Of a stretch of 64,000 nucleotides of DNA, positions 49,943-62,028 are shown one piece after another. The DNA lies in contig JAQGKD010000014.1 of assembly GCA_028290285.1 (NCBI GenBank), forward strand, positions 4,958 to 68,957, read 5' to 3'. The notes under the pieces are model-generated. The model saw nothing but the letters and a program-made list of their open reading frames with translations, searched no databases and was not told the origin of the DNA. A program made the translations under genes and the position numbers. Numbering within the stretch: position 1 is the stretch's first letter; every line of letters begins with the position of its first letter. Origin of the DNA: Hyphomicrobiales bacterium. Its GTDB lineage: Bacteria; Pseudomonadota; Alphaproteobacteria; Rhizobiales; Beijerinckiaceae.

Positions 49943-51084
49943 GTTTCACGCGCTCCTTGGATGAGGGCCTGCCATTCGCTGTGCACCTCGGGATCGGCTT
50001 CCAGCGCATGAGCCGCCGCGAGATCGGCGCAGGCGGCCGCGTCCAGCAAGCGCCCTGCAGCCCAGACGGCCATGGCCCGCACGCGCGGATCGGCGTGATC
50101 GAGATTTTCGAGCACTCGTGGCGCCAGCGCGGCATTGCCGGAATTGCCGATTGCGATGAGCAGGTTGCGGCGGAAGCGCGCGTGGCCGATGCGCTTGACC
50201 GGCGAGCCGGAAAAGTGGCTCCGAAATTCCGCGTCGTCGAGCGCAGCCAGCGCGTCGAGATCGGGGGCGACGAGGTCGGCGCGTGCCTGCAACTTCGCCT
50301 CGCGTGCCCCTTGGGCGAATTTATTCCACGGACAGGCTGCGAGGCAATCGTCGCAACCGTAGATCCTGTTGCCGATGGCGACGCGAAACTCGGGCGCGAT
50401 GTGTCCCTGATGCTCGATCGTCAGATAGGAGATGCAGCGGCGCGCATCGAGCTGGTAGGGCGCCGGAAAGGCCTGCGTCGGGCACGCGTCGAGGCAGGCG
50501 CGGCAGGACCCGCAATGATCGACCTCGGGGGCGTCGGGCGTGAGATCGAGCGTCGTGAAAATCGAGCCGAGAAAGAGCCAGGAGCCGAACTCCCGCGACA
50601 CGAGGTTGGTGTGCTTGCCCTGCCAGCCGAGACCGGCGGCCGCCGCCAGCGGCTTTTCCATCACGGGCGCCGTATCGACGAAGACCTTGAGCCCCAGCGC
50701 CGGCTCGTCCCTGGCCTCGCCCACCAGCCAGGAGGCCAGCATCTTCAGGCGTCCCTTGACGAGATCGTGGTAGTCGCGATGTCGGGCGTAGACGGAAATG
50801 GTCGCCTTGTCCGGCTGCTCGCCGAGCGCGCGGGGGTCTTCGTCCGGCCCATAGTTCATGCCGAGCATGACGATGGAGCGGACCTCCTCCCAGAGCACGC
50901 GGGGATCGGCGCGCCGCTCCGCCGTTTCCTGCATCCAGCCCATGTCGCCATGCGCGCCGGTTGCAAGCCAGGCGTCCAGACGCGCCTTCGCGTCAGGTAT
51001 GGCATCGGGATGGGTGATGCGACACACGTCGAAACCGAGTTCGGCGGCGCGGCCCCGCAGTTTTTCCGCGAAAGCCGCGTTCAG
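49939..51084 (-). CDS. queG: tRNA epoxyqueuosine reductase
   Basis: [51 protein letters not shown]; start codon uncertain. Confidence 0.93.
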   Translation of the reverse strand: MNAAFAEKLRGRAAELGFDVCRITHPDAIPDAKARLDAWLATGAHGDMGWMQETAERRADPRVLWEEVRSIVMLGMNYGPDEDPRALGEQPDKATISVYARHRDYHDLVKGRLKMLASWLVGEARDEPALGLKVFVDTAPVMEKPLAAAAGLGWQGKHTNLVSREFGSWLFLGSIFTTLDLTPDAPEVDHCGSCRACLDACPTQAFPAPYQLDARRCISYLTIEHQGHIAPEFRVAIGNRIYGCDDCLAACPWNKFAQGAREAKLQARADLVAPDLDALAALDDAEFRSHFSGSPVKRIGHARFRRNLLIAIGNSGNAALAPRVLENLDHADPRVRAMAVWAAGRLLDAAACADLAAAHALEADPEVHSEWQALIQGARET

Positions 51085-51773
51085 AAATCGAGATCCGCGT
51101 AAACCGCCGCCGGGGTGATGCCCGGCATGCGGTCGGCCAGAATCGCGCGGAAGGACGGGCGCGATTTCATGCGCGCGTACCAGTTCCTCGCTGCCTCGTC
51201 CTCGCTCCATGGCACGTCGCCCAGGAAATCCACGCTCGAAAGGTGGGCTGCGGCTGCGAGGTCGGCATAGGTCATGCGGTCGCCCGCCAGCCAGTTCCGC
51301 GACCCCGTCAGCCAGCCGATATAACGCATATGATAGCGGATATTGTTGCGCGCGGCACGCACCAGATCCATGTCGGGGGCGCCGCCGCCCTGGGCCGGGC
51401 TCATGGCGCGCTTGTAGATCTTCTCCGTCACCAGCCATTGCGAGACTTCGGCGAAGAACTTGACGTTGAACCAGTCGAGCAGCCGCCGGACCTCGACGCG
51501 GCCGGCCGGGTCGTCAGGCAGGAGCCGGTGACTGCCCAGGGCAAGCCCGCGGGTCTCGTCCAGATATTCGGCGATCGTCCCCGCACCGGGAACCGCCAGC
51601 ATCGCCCCATCGCTGAGAACGGGCGTATTTCCGGCCGGATTCAGTGCCAGAAACTCGCGGCGCCTGTCGAAGGTGCGCTCTTCGATCAGTTCGGGCTCGA
51701 TTCCATATTCGGCGAGCGAAACGCGAACGAAGCGGGAATGAGGACAGAGCGGATGATGATAAAGCGTGGCCAT
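51081..51773 (-). CDS. fzlA: Glutathione S-transferase-family protein, FzlA-like
   Basis: [39 protein letters not shown]-terminal YADLDF; queG/uppP synteny. Confidence 0.78.
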   Translation of the reverse strand: MATLYHHPLCPHSRFVRVSLAEYGIEPELIEERTFDRRREFLALNPAGNTPVLSDGAMLAVPGAGTIAEYLDETRGLALGSHRLLPDDPAGRVEVRRLLDWFNVKFFAEVSQWLVTEKIYKRAMSPAQGGGAPDMDLVRAARNNIRYHMRYIGWLTGSRNWLAGDRMTYADLAAAAHLSSVDFLGDVPWSEDEAARNWYARMKSRPSFRAILADRMPGITPAAVYADLDF

Positions 51774-51955
51774 AAAGATCCCGAACCTGACCCGTGCCCG
51801 AATCGCAACATTCCGGCCATTCCGGCTCAGCGGACGTCACAGAAGTGGATTGGTATCGGCGCCCCGTATAGAACCGCCCGGCGCACGTCACAACCCGAAT
51901 CGCAGTCGCAGTGGCGCGCATGCCGGATCTCCGGCGCCTGTTTCAGGAGATCCTC

Positions 51956-52759
51956 ATGACGCTACCCGACGCACTCAAGGCCGTTTTCCTCGGCGGCATC
52001 GAAGGCCTTACAGAGTTCCTGCCGGTCTCCTCGACAGGACATCTTCTGCTGGTCGGACATTTCCTCGGCTTCGAGTCGAAGGGCAAGTCCTTCGAAGTGC
52101 TTATCCAGCTCGGCGCTATTCTGGCGATCCTGCTGGTCTATGCGCAAAAGATCATCGCCATCACGCTGGGCCTGCGCACAGAGCCGCGCGCGCGGCATTT
52201 CGTGCTGGCCGTGCTGCTGGCCTTCCTTCCGGCGGCTATTATCGGGGCGCTCGCGCATTCGCTGATCAAGGCGGTGCTTTTCGACCCGCTGATCGTCTGC
52301 ACCACACTCATTGCGGGCGGGCTGGTGCTGCTCGCGGTCGACGATCTCGCCCCCAAGCCCCGCTACCACGACGCGATGGACTTGCCGCTTGGCACGGCAC
52401 TCAAGATCGGCCTGTTCCAGTGCCTGGCGATGGTCCCCGGCGTTTCGCGCTCGGGTGCGACCATCGTCAGCGCCATGCTGATGGGCGCGGACAAGCGGGC
52501 CGCCGCCGAATTTTCCTTCTTTCTCGCGATCCCGACCATGGCGGGCGCTTTCGCCTACGATTTGTTCAAGAACTACAAACTGCTCGACTTCGACGATTCC
52601 ATGCTCATCGTGCTCGGTTTTGTCGCCGCCTTCCTGATGGCGCTCTTCGTCGTTCGCGGCTTCCTGCAATTCGTGACCAAGCATGGCTTCGGCATGTTCG
52701 CCTGGTGGCGCATCATCGTCGGCGTGCTCGGCCTCGCGGGCCTCTACTTCCTGGGCTGA
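51956..52759 (+). CDS. uppP: Undecaprenyl-diphosphatase
   Basis: [42 protein letters not shown]. Confidence 0.95.
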   Translation: MTLPDALKAVFLGGIEGLTEFLPVSSTGHLLLVGHFLGFESKGKSFEVLIQLGAILAILLVYAQKIIAITLGLRTEPRARHFVLAVLLAFLPAAIIGALAHSLIKAVLFDPLIVCTTLIAGGLVLLAVDDLAPKPRYHDAMDLPLGTALKIGLFQCLAMVPGVSRSGATIVSAMLMGADKRAAAEFSFFLAIPTMAGAFAYDLFKNYKLLDFDDSMLIVLGFVAAFLMALFVVRGFLQFVTKHGFGMFAWWRIIVGVLGLAGLYFLG

Positions 52760-52760
52760 A

Positions 52761-52997
52761 TCAGGCGCAGCGCCGCTTTTCAGGCAAGGCTTCGGCGATG
52801 CGGTGCAGGTCCGCCATGGGCAGAAAATCCTGCCGGGCGAAGCGGCAGACGAGGTTTCGCAAGGGTTTGGGGAAGGCTGTCGCGCCTGCGTCGGCCCCGG
52901 TCACGATGGCATGAACGGCATCGTGACGCCGCAACAGAGCGGACAGCATATCGCGCTCGTCATAGGCCCAGTCGTCCAGATCAACGGGTCCAAGCAT
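52761..52997 (-). CDS. Small hypothetical protein
   Basis: ATG 52997 fills the gap between uppP and nth; no family recognised. Confidence 0.5.
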   Translation of the reverse strand: MLGPVDLDDWAYDERDMLSALLRRHDAVHAIVTGADAGATAFPKPLRNLVCRFARQDFLPMADLHRIAEALPEKRRCA

Positions 52998-53114
52998 CGG
53001 GATCTGCCCTGCTGTGCACGTTCTCTCGAGCACACGGAACGCAACGCCAGCGAAAAAAATAAAACATAATGCGCTCAAGCTTAGCACATTCGGCAAAGCT
53101 GAAAAGCCCCCTGC

Positions 53115-53897
53115 TCAGACGCGCTTTTCCGGCGAGGTGCACAGGTCGGATATGATGCAGCGCTCGCATTCAGGCCGACGCGCCTTGCAGACGTAGCGTC
53201 CATGCAAGATCAACCAATGATGAGCATATCGCTTGAACTCGGCCGGGATGACCTTTTCCAGGCCGAGCTCCACTTCCAGCGGCGTCTTGCCGAGGGCGAG
53301 CGGGATGCGGTTCGAGACCCGGAACAGATGCGTGTCTACGGCGATGGTCGGCTCGCCGAAGGCCGTGTTCAGCACGACATTCGCGGTCTTGCGCCCGACA
53401 CCCGGCAGCGTCTCCAGCAGCTCGCGCGAGCGCGGCACCTCGCCGCCGAACCGCTCAACGAGGATCTGCGACAGGGTGAGGACATTCTTCGCCTTGTTGC
53501 GGAACAGGCCGATGGTCTTGACCATATCCCGAATCCTGTCCTCCCCGAGCGCGGCCATTTTCGCGGGCGTGTCGGCGAGGGCAAAGAGCGCACGAGTGGC
53601 CTTGTTGACGCCGACGTCCGTCGCCTGCGCCGACAGGACGACAGCGACCAGGAGCGTGAAGGGGTTCACATATTCCAGTTCACCCTTCGGCTCGGGGTCG
53701 GCGGCGCGAAAGCGTGTGAAAATTTCTGTAATCGTCGCCTTGTCCGCGGGCTTGCGCGCTTTCACCCGCTTTCCGGCAGCCCTCGCGACGGCGGCGGCCG
53801 GGATGGAGGCGGGCCCGGCACCCTTCACCGGCCGTTTGACGGCAGCTTTGCGGGATGAGGCGGATTTGATCGGGGCGGGACTCTTTTTTGCCGGCAT
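53115..53897 (-). CDS. nth: Endonuclease III
   Basis: LLVAVVLSAQATD, HhH LPGVGRKTANV, VDTH, C-x6-C-x2-C-x5-C Fe-S motif; start ATG 53897. Confidence 0.95.
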   Translation of the reverse strand: MPAKKSPAPIKSASSRKAAVKRPVKGAGPASIPAAAVARAAGKRVKARKPADKATITEIFTRFRAADPEPKGELEYVNPFTLLVAVVLSAQATDVGVNKATRALFALADTPAKMAALGEDRIRDMVKTIGLFRNKAKNVLTLSQILVERFGGEVPRSRELLETLPGVGRKTANVVLNTAFGEPTIAVDTHLFRVSNRIPLALGKTPLEVELGLEKVIPAEFKRYAHHWLILHGRYVCKARRPECERCIISDLCTSPEKRV

Positions 53898-53913
53898 CCC
53901 TGCGTTATAAAGT

Positions 53914-54444
53914 GTGACAGCCCAGGTGCAAATCGCGAGGCGACCCGTGGACGATGCCGGACCGGCCGACAAGCAGATCTTCACCGCGAGACTGGCGCCA
54001 CACCGCTCGTTGTCGCAGGCGAATTTCCGTATCCTGATGATGATTTTCGCAGGCGCCTGCGCTTTCACGGCGCTGCCGTTCCTGCTGCTGGGCGCTTGGC
54101 CCATCGCGGGATTCATGGGGCTCGACGTCGCGCTTTTCTACTTTGCCTTCCGGGCGAGCTATCGCGCGGCGCGAGCCTATGAGGACGTGACCGTGACGCC
54201 GCTCGAACTGCATGTCGCCAAGGTCAGTGCGAAGGGGCAGCGCGCGGATTGGCGGTTCAATCCCTCCTGGGTGCGACTCGAGCGCGAGGAACATGAGGAA
54301 TATGGCACGCAATCGCTGGCAGTCGCCTCGCGTGGACGCAGGCTTGAAATAGCCGCCTTTCTCGGCCCGGAGGCCAAAGCCGATTTCGCTGACAGCCTGA
54401 CACGGGCGCTGGCAGAAGCGCGCCGGGGCCCGCAGTTTTCCTGA
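53914..54444 (+). CDS. DUF2244 membrane protein
   Basis: L.PHRSLS...F, GAWPIAGFMGLDV, FNPSWVRL, IAAFL. Confidence 0.85.
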   Translation: MTAQVQIARRPVDDAGPADKQIFTARLAPHRSLSQANFRILMMIFAGACAFTALPFLLLGAWPIAGFMGLDVALFYFAFRASYRAARAYEDVTVTPLELHVAKVSAKGQRADWRFNPSWVRLEREEHEEYGTQSLAVASRGRRLEIAAFLGPEAKADFADSLTRALAEARRGPQFS

Positions 54445-54532
54445 AGGGTTTTGGACACAAGCGCAGGTTTCGGGTGGCGGCGCGCGCCAACCGGGCCCAT
54501 CGTGCCGGTCAAAATCTGAACGGACGAGCCCC

Positions 54533-55441
54533 ATGCCGACATTCGATCTCCAGTCCCCCGCCGAGCCCGATTCCGGCGACGATTACGCCCGCATCCGCGA
54601 TGCGCTGCAATTCGTCACGGACCGCTCTAAACGGCAGCCTTCGATCGAGGAGATCTCGCAGCATGTCGGCCTGTCGTCTTCGCATTTCCATCATCTGTTC
54701 AAGCGTTGGGCGGGCATCACGCCCAAGGCCTTCCTGCAGGCGGTGACCATCGACCATGCGCGCCGGCTTCTGCGCGATAATGCCTCCGTGCTCGACGCGT
54801 CCCTCGAACTGGGGCTGTCGGGCCCCGGACGGCTGCATGACCTGTTCGTCACCCAGGAGGCGATGACGCCCGGCGAATACAAGACTGGCGGGCGCGGGCT
54901 GGCGCTGGCGTATGGCTACCATCGTTCGCCTTTCGGGGAGGCGCTGGCCGTCGTCGCGCCGCGCGGGCTAACAGGGCTCGGCTTCGTCGATGCTGCCGGG
55001 CGCGAGGCGGCACTGGCAGACATGCAGAGGCGGTGGCCGCAAGCGACCTTTGTGGCAGACCAGACTGCGACGGCGCCCTACGTGCGGCGCGCCTTCGATC
55101 CGGATCTGTGGAGGCCGGAGCAGCCGCTGAGGATCGTGCTCATCGGATCCGACTTCGAACTGCGGGTGTGGAACACCTTGCTCGGCGTGCCGCTCGGCAC
55201 CGCGACCAGCTATGCGAGCCTCGCCGCCCGGATCGGCAAGCCCGGCGCGGCGCGGGCCGTGGGCGCGGCTGTCGGGCGAAATCCCATCTCCTTCGTCGTG
55301 CCCTGCCACCGCGTGATGGGGAGCACCGGGGCGCTGACAGGGTACCACTGGGGCTTGGCCCGCAAGCAGGCGATCATCGGCTGGGAGGCGGGCCGGATCG
55401 CAGGGAGCGACCAGAATTTTACATCTGAAAGCGTGGTTTGA
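54533..55441 (+). CDS. Bifunctional AraC-HTH / O6-methylguanine-DNA methyltransferase (Ada-like)
   Basis: FKRWAGITPKAF, GRLHDLFV, ARAVGAAVGRNP, PCHRV active site. Confidence 0.92.
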   Translation: MPTFDLQSPAEPDSGDDYARIRDALQFVTDRSKRQPSIEEISQHVGLSSSHFHHLFKRWAGITPKAFLQAVTIDHARRLLRDNASVLDASLELGLSGPGRLHDLFVTQEAMTPGEYKTGGRGLALAYGYHRSPFGEALAVVAPRGLTGLGFVDAAGREAALADMQRRWPQATFVADQTATAPYVRRAFDPDLWRPEQPLRIVLIGSDFELRVWNTLLGVPLGTATSYASLAARIGKPGAARAVGAAVGRNPISFVVPCHRVMGSTGALTGYHWGLARKQAIIGWEAGRIAGSDQNFTSESVV

Positions 55442-55566
55442 TATTTCTACACGTTATCTGATGTGGTGTTTGACATAACGAACGCTCCGTCCTAGAAAAG
55501 AAACGCACCGCTTGCTGAGACAAGCGCGAATTCCGTTCTGATCCGGACGCCCCAAGGAGCTTGTTC

Positions 55567-56538
55567 ATGATCGCACTCACACGCCGTCTTCTCGTCTCCG
55601 GGGCCATTGCGATGACGGTCGCGGGCGCCTCGGCGGCGCTCGCCGCGAACCCGACCGAGATACGTGTCGATTACGCGACCTATAACCAGCTCTCGCTCGT
55701 CCTCAAGGAACAAAAGCTTCTCGAAAAAGAATTCGACGCCGACAAGATCGCCGTGCGCTGGGTGTTTTCCGCCGGCTCCAACAAGGCACTCGAATTCCTA
55801 AATGCCGGCTCGATCGACATCGGCTCGACGGCCGGTGCGGCTGCGTTGGTCGCGCGCATCAACGGCAATCCGGTCAAGAGCGTCGGCATCTTCTCGCGCC
55901 CCGAATGGACGGCGCTGGTGACGCGCGGCGACAGCAAGATCACCAAGGTCGAAGAGCTCAAGGGCCTGAAGATCGCGGTGACGCGCGGCACCGACCCGCA
56001 CATCTTTCTGGTGCGTGCGCTCGACAAGGCTGGCCTCACCGAAAAGGACGTGAAGCTCGTCCTGCTGCAGCATGCAGACGGCAAGACGGCGCTCGTGCGC
56101 GGCGACGTCGATGCATGGGCTGGTCTCGATCCGATCATGGCGCAGGCCGAACTGGACGACGGCGCGAAGCTCCTCTATCGCAAGGCCGAAGCGAACACGT
56201 GGGGCGTCGTCAACACGCGCGACGATTTCGCGAAGGAACATCCCGAACTCGTGAAGCGCGTCCTCAAGGTCTATGAGCAGGCCCGTCTCTGGGCCATCGC
56301 GCATCCCGATGATTTCAAGAAGCTTCTCGTCGCCGAAACCAAGCTTCCCGAAGCCGTCATCGCCCGCCAGCTCGAACGCACGGACCTGACGAACCCCGGC
56401 ATCACGACAGCCACCAGCGACACCATCCTCGAGGCGGGACTCGCGCTGCAGAAGGCCGGCGTCGTCAAGGCCGATGTCGACGTGAAGTCGGTCGTGGGCG
56501 AACTCATCGATACGCGCTTTGCGGTCTCCACGAAGTAA
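55567..56538 (+). CDS. ssuA: Aliphatic sulfonate ABC transporter substrate-binding protein
   Basis: Signal peptide, DYATYN, GSNKALEFLNAGSID, RGTDPH, DAWAGLDP. Confidence 0.88.
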   Translation: MIALTRRLLVSGAIAMTVAGASAALAANPTEIRVDYATYNQLSLVLKEQKLLEKEFDADKIAVRWVFSAGSNKALEFLNAGSIDIGSTAGAAALVARINGNPVKSVGIFSRPEWTALVTRGDSKITKVEELKGLKIAVTRGTDPHIFLVRALDKAGLTEKDVKLVLLQHADGKTALVRGDVDAWAGLDPIMAQAELDDGAKLLYRKAEANTWGVVNTRDDFAKEHPELVKRVLKVYEQARLWAIAHPDDFKKLLVAETKLPEAVIARQLERTDLTNPGITTATSDTILEAGLALQKAGVVKADVDVKSVVGELIDTRFAVSTK

Positions 56539-56551
56539 GGTTAGAACCCCG

Positions 56552-56577
56552 AAGCCCGGCGCGCGAGCGCCGGGTTT
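56552..56577 (+). other. Intergenic hairpin (GCGA tetraloop) between ssuA and ssuC
   Basis: AAGCCCGGCGC-GCGA-GCGCCGGGTTT. Confidence 0.6.
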
Positions 56578-56601
56578 CCCTCGTGTTCCACCGGAGTGAC
56601 G

Positions 56602-57450
56602 ATGAGCGAAGCCGGAACGCTCGACACCGCGCGCGACAACGCCAGCGACACGCGCACAGGGAGCGCGCGGCGCCGCTTTGCCGTTTCCGGCTCGACGTTT
56701 CTCGTCGGCCTCGTGCTCCCTGTCGGCATTGCTCTCGCCTATGAAGCGGCGTTCCGTTTGGGCCTCGTCCAGGCACGGCTTCTTCCCGCTCCCAGCCGTA
56801 TTCTCGCGACGTTGTGGGATCTTGCGCGCAGCGGCGAACTTGCAACACATGTCGCCGCGACGACGGCGCGCGTCCTTCTGGGCTTCGGGCTGGGCTCGCT
56901 GGCCGGCATGCTGCTCGGTGCTTTGACGGGCTCGTCGCCTGTCGCTCGGCGGCTACTCGACCCGACCCTGCAAGCCCTGCGCGCCATTCCCTCGCTCGCC
57001 TGGGTGCCGCTGTTCATTCTGTGGCTCGGCATTTTCGAGAATTCCAAGATCGCGCTGATCGCGACCGGCGTTTTCTTCCCCGTCTATCTCGGCGTGATGG
57101 CTGCCATCGCCAATGTGGATCGCAAGATCGTGGAAGTGGGCCGCGCCTTCCGCCTTTCGCGCTGGTCGCTGGCGCGGCGCGTGCTGCTGCCGGCCATCCT
57201 GCCGGATTTCGTCGTGGCATTACGCTCGGGCCTCGGCCTCGGCTTCATGTTTGTGGTTGCCGCCGAAATCATGGGCGCGTCCGAGGGACTGGGCTATCTG
57301 CTCGTCGATGGCCAGCAACTGGGCAAGCCCGACCAGATCCTCGCCGCCATCATCGCTTTCGCCATTCTCGGCAAGATCGGCGACTGGCTGCTCGTCGCGG
57401 GCTCGAAGCCGTTCCTGTCCTGGCAGGATTCCCATTCGAGGGCGGGGTGA
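56602..57450 (+). CDS. ssuC: Sulfonate ABC transporter permease
   Basis: LLPAPS, LRAIPSLAWVPLFILWLG, VVAAEIMGASEGLGY. Confidence 0.88.
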   Translation: MSEAGTLDTARDNASDTRTGSARRRFAVSGSTFLVGLVLPVGIALAYEAAFRLGLVQARLLPAPSRILATLWDLARSGELATHVAATTARVLLGFGLGSLAGMLLGALTGSSPVARRLLDPTLQALRAIPSLAWVPLFILWLGIFENSKIALIATGVFFPVYLGVMAAIANVDRKIVEVGRAFRLSRWSLARRVLLPAILPDFVVALRSGLGLGFMFVVAAEIMGASEGLGYLLVDGQQLGKPDQILAAIIAFAILGKIGDWLLVAGSKPFLSWQDSHSRAG

Positions 57451-57454
57451 GCCG

Positions 57455-58234
57455 ATGCTGATTCTGGACAGGCTATCCAAGACCTACGCGAACGGAATGC
57501 GCGCGCTGGGCGACGTTTCGCTCGAAGTCGCAACGGGCGAAATCGTCGCGCTGATCGGCGGATCGGGCTGCGGCAAGACGACCCTTCTGCGCCTCATCAG
57601 CGGGCTGGAAGCGCCGAGCAGCGGGACGGTCGCGGTCGATGGCGAGACGATCTTCGCGCCCCATCCTGCCGTCGGCATCGTGTTCCAGGAACCGCGCCTG
57701 CTGCCCTGGCTTACCGTGGCGCAGAATATCGGGTTCGGGCTCGACCATCTTCCCAAAAACGAGCGCGATGCGCGCGTGGACGAGGCGCTGCTGCGCGTCG
57801 GGCTTGCCGGCTACGGCCCGCGCTGGCCGCGTGAATTGTCGGGGGGACAGGCGCAGCGCGCGGCCATCGTGCGGGCGCTCGTCGCGAGGCCGAAAGCGCT
57901 TCTGCTCGACGAACCCTTTTCGGCGCTCGACGCGCTGACGCGGGCCTCGCTTCAGGACCATCTGCTGGCATTGTGGGATGCGCATCGCCCGACGCTGGTG
58001 CTCGTCACACACGACGTCGAGGAAGCCGTGGCCCTGGCCGACCGCGCCATCGTGTTGCAGCCGAAACCGGGACGTATCTTCGCGGAGATCGCAATCGATC
58101 TGCCGCGTCCGCGCGACCGGCTTTCGCACGATTTCGCCGAAGCCAAGCGCGTGGTGCTGGCGGAGCTCGACGGCTCGCTGACACCGCCGCATCCCTCGAA
58201 AACCGGAAAAGCGCAGGCCGCCGGCTGGTGGTAG
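57455..58234 (+). CDS. ssuB: Sulfonate ABC transporter ATP-binding protein
   Basis: GGSGCGKTT, FQEPRLLPW, LSGGQ, LLLDEPFSALD, VTHD; real start ATG 57455. Confidence 0.88.
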   Translation: MLILDRLSKTYANGMRALGDVSLEVATGEIVALIGGSGCGKTTLLRLISGLEAPSSGTVAVDGETIFAPHPAVGIVFQEPRLLPWLTVAQNIGFGLDHLPKNERDARVDEALLRVGLAGYGPRWPRELSGGQAQRAAIVRALVARPKALLLDEPFSALDALTRASLQDHLLALWDAHRPTLVLVTHDVEEAVALADRAIVLQPKPGRIFAEIAIDLPRPRDRLSHDFAEAKRVVLAELDGSLTPPHPSKTGKAQAAGWW

Positions 58235-58263
58235 CGCCAAGACAAAACCCCAAGGAGCACATC

Positions 58264-58776
58264 ATGATGGATGCCGACGCCCTGCGCGCCATGCAGGCCC
58301 CCTACAAGGACAAGTACAAGAACGATCCCGACGCCGCCGTCATCACGCTGAAGGCTCACGGTTCGATCGACGAGTCCAAGATCGCCTGCAAGGTCGAGAC
58401 AGGCCGCGCCCTCGCCATCGCTGGCCTGCACCCCGCTACCGGCGGATCGGGCGCGGAACTGTGCTCGGGCGACATGCTGCTCGAAGCGCTGGTCGCCTGC
58501 GCGGGCGTGACGCTGAAGGCGGTCGCGACCGCGCTCGCCATTCCGCTGAAGGCCGGCGTCGTGCGCGCCGAGGGCGATCTCGATTTTCGCGGCACGCTCG
58601 GCGTCGATCGTGAAGCGCCCGTGGGCTTCCGCGAGATCCGCCTGACCTTCGACCTCGACACCGATGCGCCGCAGGACAAAATCGACGCGCTGATCAAGCT
58701 GACCGAGCGTTATTGCGTGATCTTCCAGACGCTCAACAAGCCGCCCAAGCTCGCCCTGACTGTGTCCCGCAGCTGA
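58264..58776 (+). CDS. OsmC-family protein
   Basis: AGLHPATGG, LEALVACAG, GDLDFRGTLG, TERYCVIFQTL; AAGGAG RBS. Confidence 0.88.
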   Translation: MMDADALRAMQAPYKDKYKNDPDAAVITLKAHGSIDESKIACKVETGRALAIAGLHPATGGSGAELCSGDMLLEALVACAGVTLKAVATALAIPLKAGVVRAEGDLDFRGTLGVDREAPVGFREIRLTFDLDTDAPQDKIDALIKLTERYCVIFQTLNKPPKLALTVSRS

Positions 58777-58806
58777 GCCCTCAGTAGAGGGTCGAGTCAG
58801 GCGCAT

Positions 58807-59646
58807 TCACCGGGGCGCGCGGCGCGGGCTTGCGCGCCGCCGCTTTCGGCGCCTTGGGCTGATTCCAACGCCCAGCCGGTCCAGTTCGGCGCGAAGAGCG
58901 AAGGCGCGCGCCTCGGTCAGCCGCGCGGCGCAGAAGCCGTGCACACTTTCGCGCTGGTAATGGGTGCAGACTTCCTCGCGACGCGAGGAGAAACCCGCCT
59001 GCCCCGACGCGATCCGCTTCGTCTCGGTCTTGTCCTTCGTGGCCGCGAGCAGCGCCTTAAAGCTGGCTCGCGTCTGCTCGTCGGCCTGGCGACGCGCGCG
59101 TTCTATGCGGGGCAGCTGATCGCCCCGGATGGAGCCGCCCGGAGGACCCCACAGCCCAGAGGGGTCGATGCTGCAATCGGCCGCCGTGACCGCGCAAATT
59201 TCGCCGGAAACAGAGACCGCGCCGTCCAGAATATCCAGCGTGATCGGGCACATGGGCAGGGCAGCCTTGTAGCGGAGAACACCCGCCGGACGCCCCGCGG
59301 CCTCCAACGCCGCGCCGCCGGGCACATCGACCTGACACGCCTCCCCAGGGGATGAGATCAGGTCGCCCTTGAAAGACAGCCTGACGATGCGCAGGGTCTT
59401 GTCGCCGCCCTCGAGCCGCATGCTGCCCGAGGAACCGGACTGCACGAGATCCCGGCCGCTGACAGCGTCTTCGCCGGGCGGCCGCAAGGAGGGCGCCGCC
59501 GCCCTCTGGCCCGTGCCCGTTGTCACGGGCGGCGGCACGGCGGAGTCGGAGACCGCGCCCTGGAGGACGACCTGCGCCGAGACGGGGCCCGCGCCCGCGA
59601 GACCCAGCAGCAGGATCGGCAAGAGGACAGGAACCATTGATCGCAT
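58807..59646 (-). CDS. Putative exported Cys-containing hypothetical protein
   Basis: Signal peptide VLLPILLLGLAGAGPVSA; several Cys; C-terminal helical region reminiscent of LprI. Confidence 0.6.
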   Translation of the reverse strand: MRSMVPVLLPILLLGLAGAGPVSAQVVLQGAVSDSAVPPPVTTGTGQRAAAPSLRPPGEDAVSGRDLVQSGSSGSMRLEGGDKTLRIVRLSFKGDLISSPGEACQVDVPGGAALEAAGRPAGVLRYKAALPMCPITLDILDGAVSVSGEICAVTAADCSIDPSGLWGPPGGSIRGDQLPRIERARRQADEQTRASFKALLAATKDKTETKRIASGQAGFSSRREEVCTHYQRESVHGFCAARLTEARAFALRAELDRLGVGISPRRRKRRRASPRRAPR

Positions 59647-59803
59647 TCGCCCAATTCTCCCCACGCCCGTTTGCGACGGACGGCCAGCCATTGCTGGGAT
59701 GGTTTCACAAGCACAGGCCTAGCTGCGAGCTCATCAGCTCGCAATGGGCGAGTCTAGACCAAAATTCTTAGCGCAAGACTTCATTCTTCGGTGCTTCGAC
59801 CCG

Positions 59804-59832
59804 CTTGCGCGCTTTTAGAGTGGCTCCTATAT
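59804..59832 (+). promoter_or_regulatory. RpoH (sigma32) promoter of dnaK
   Basis: CTTG-N18-CCTATAT matches the alphaproteobacterial heat-shock consensus. Confidence 0.8.
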
Positions 59833-59986
59833 CCCGGTCACACTTGCGGTCTTCCTCTTCAATACCAACATCACAGAACATCGGGGACCGGGCGGCGAAC
59901 TGCCTTTCTCACGAAAGGCCCAGCCACCGCCCATCACCGGATCGCTTCGGGGTCCGGAGGTCTCGCGACAGGAAAGGACAGTCATC

Positions 59987-61894
<1,908 letters not shown>

Positions 61895-61942
61895 GCCTGA
61901 CGTCCGGCGCTTGGCGTCGAGCGTCGAAATAGGTTAGCAAGC

Positions 61943-61969
61943 AGAACCCGGCGGCAGCGCCGGGTTCTT
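61943..61969 (+). terminator. Hairpin/terminator between dnaK and dnaJ
   Basis: AGAACCCGGCG-GCAG-CGCCGGGTTCT. Confidence 0.65.
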
Positions 61970-62028
61970 CAGTTCCGCGCGGATTTCGCTGCGCCGGAAG
62001 ACCCGGAACAGAGACAAGACCCGGACCC

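Noticed and set aside
61935-61943. A further TAGCAAGCA copy between dnaK and dnaJ
   Set aside because: Single isolated 9-mer with no att core nearby; likely chance.
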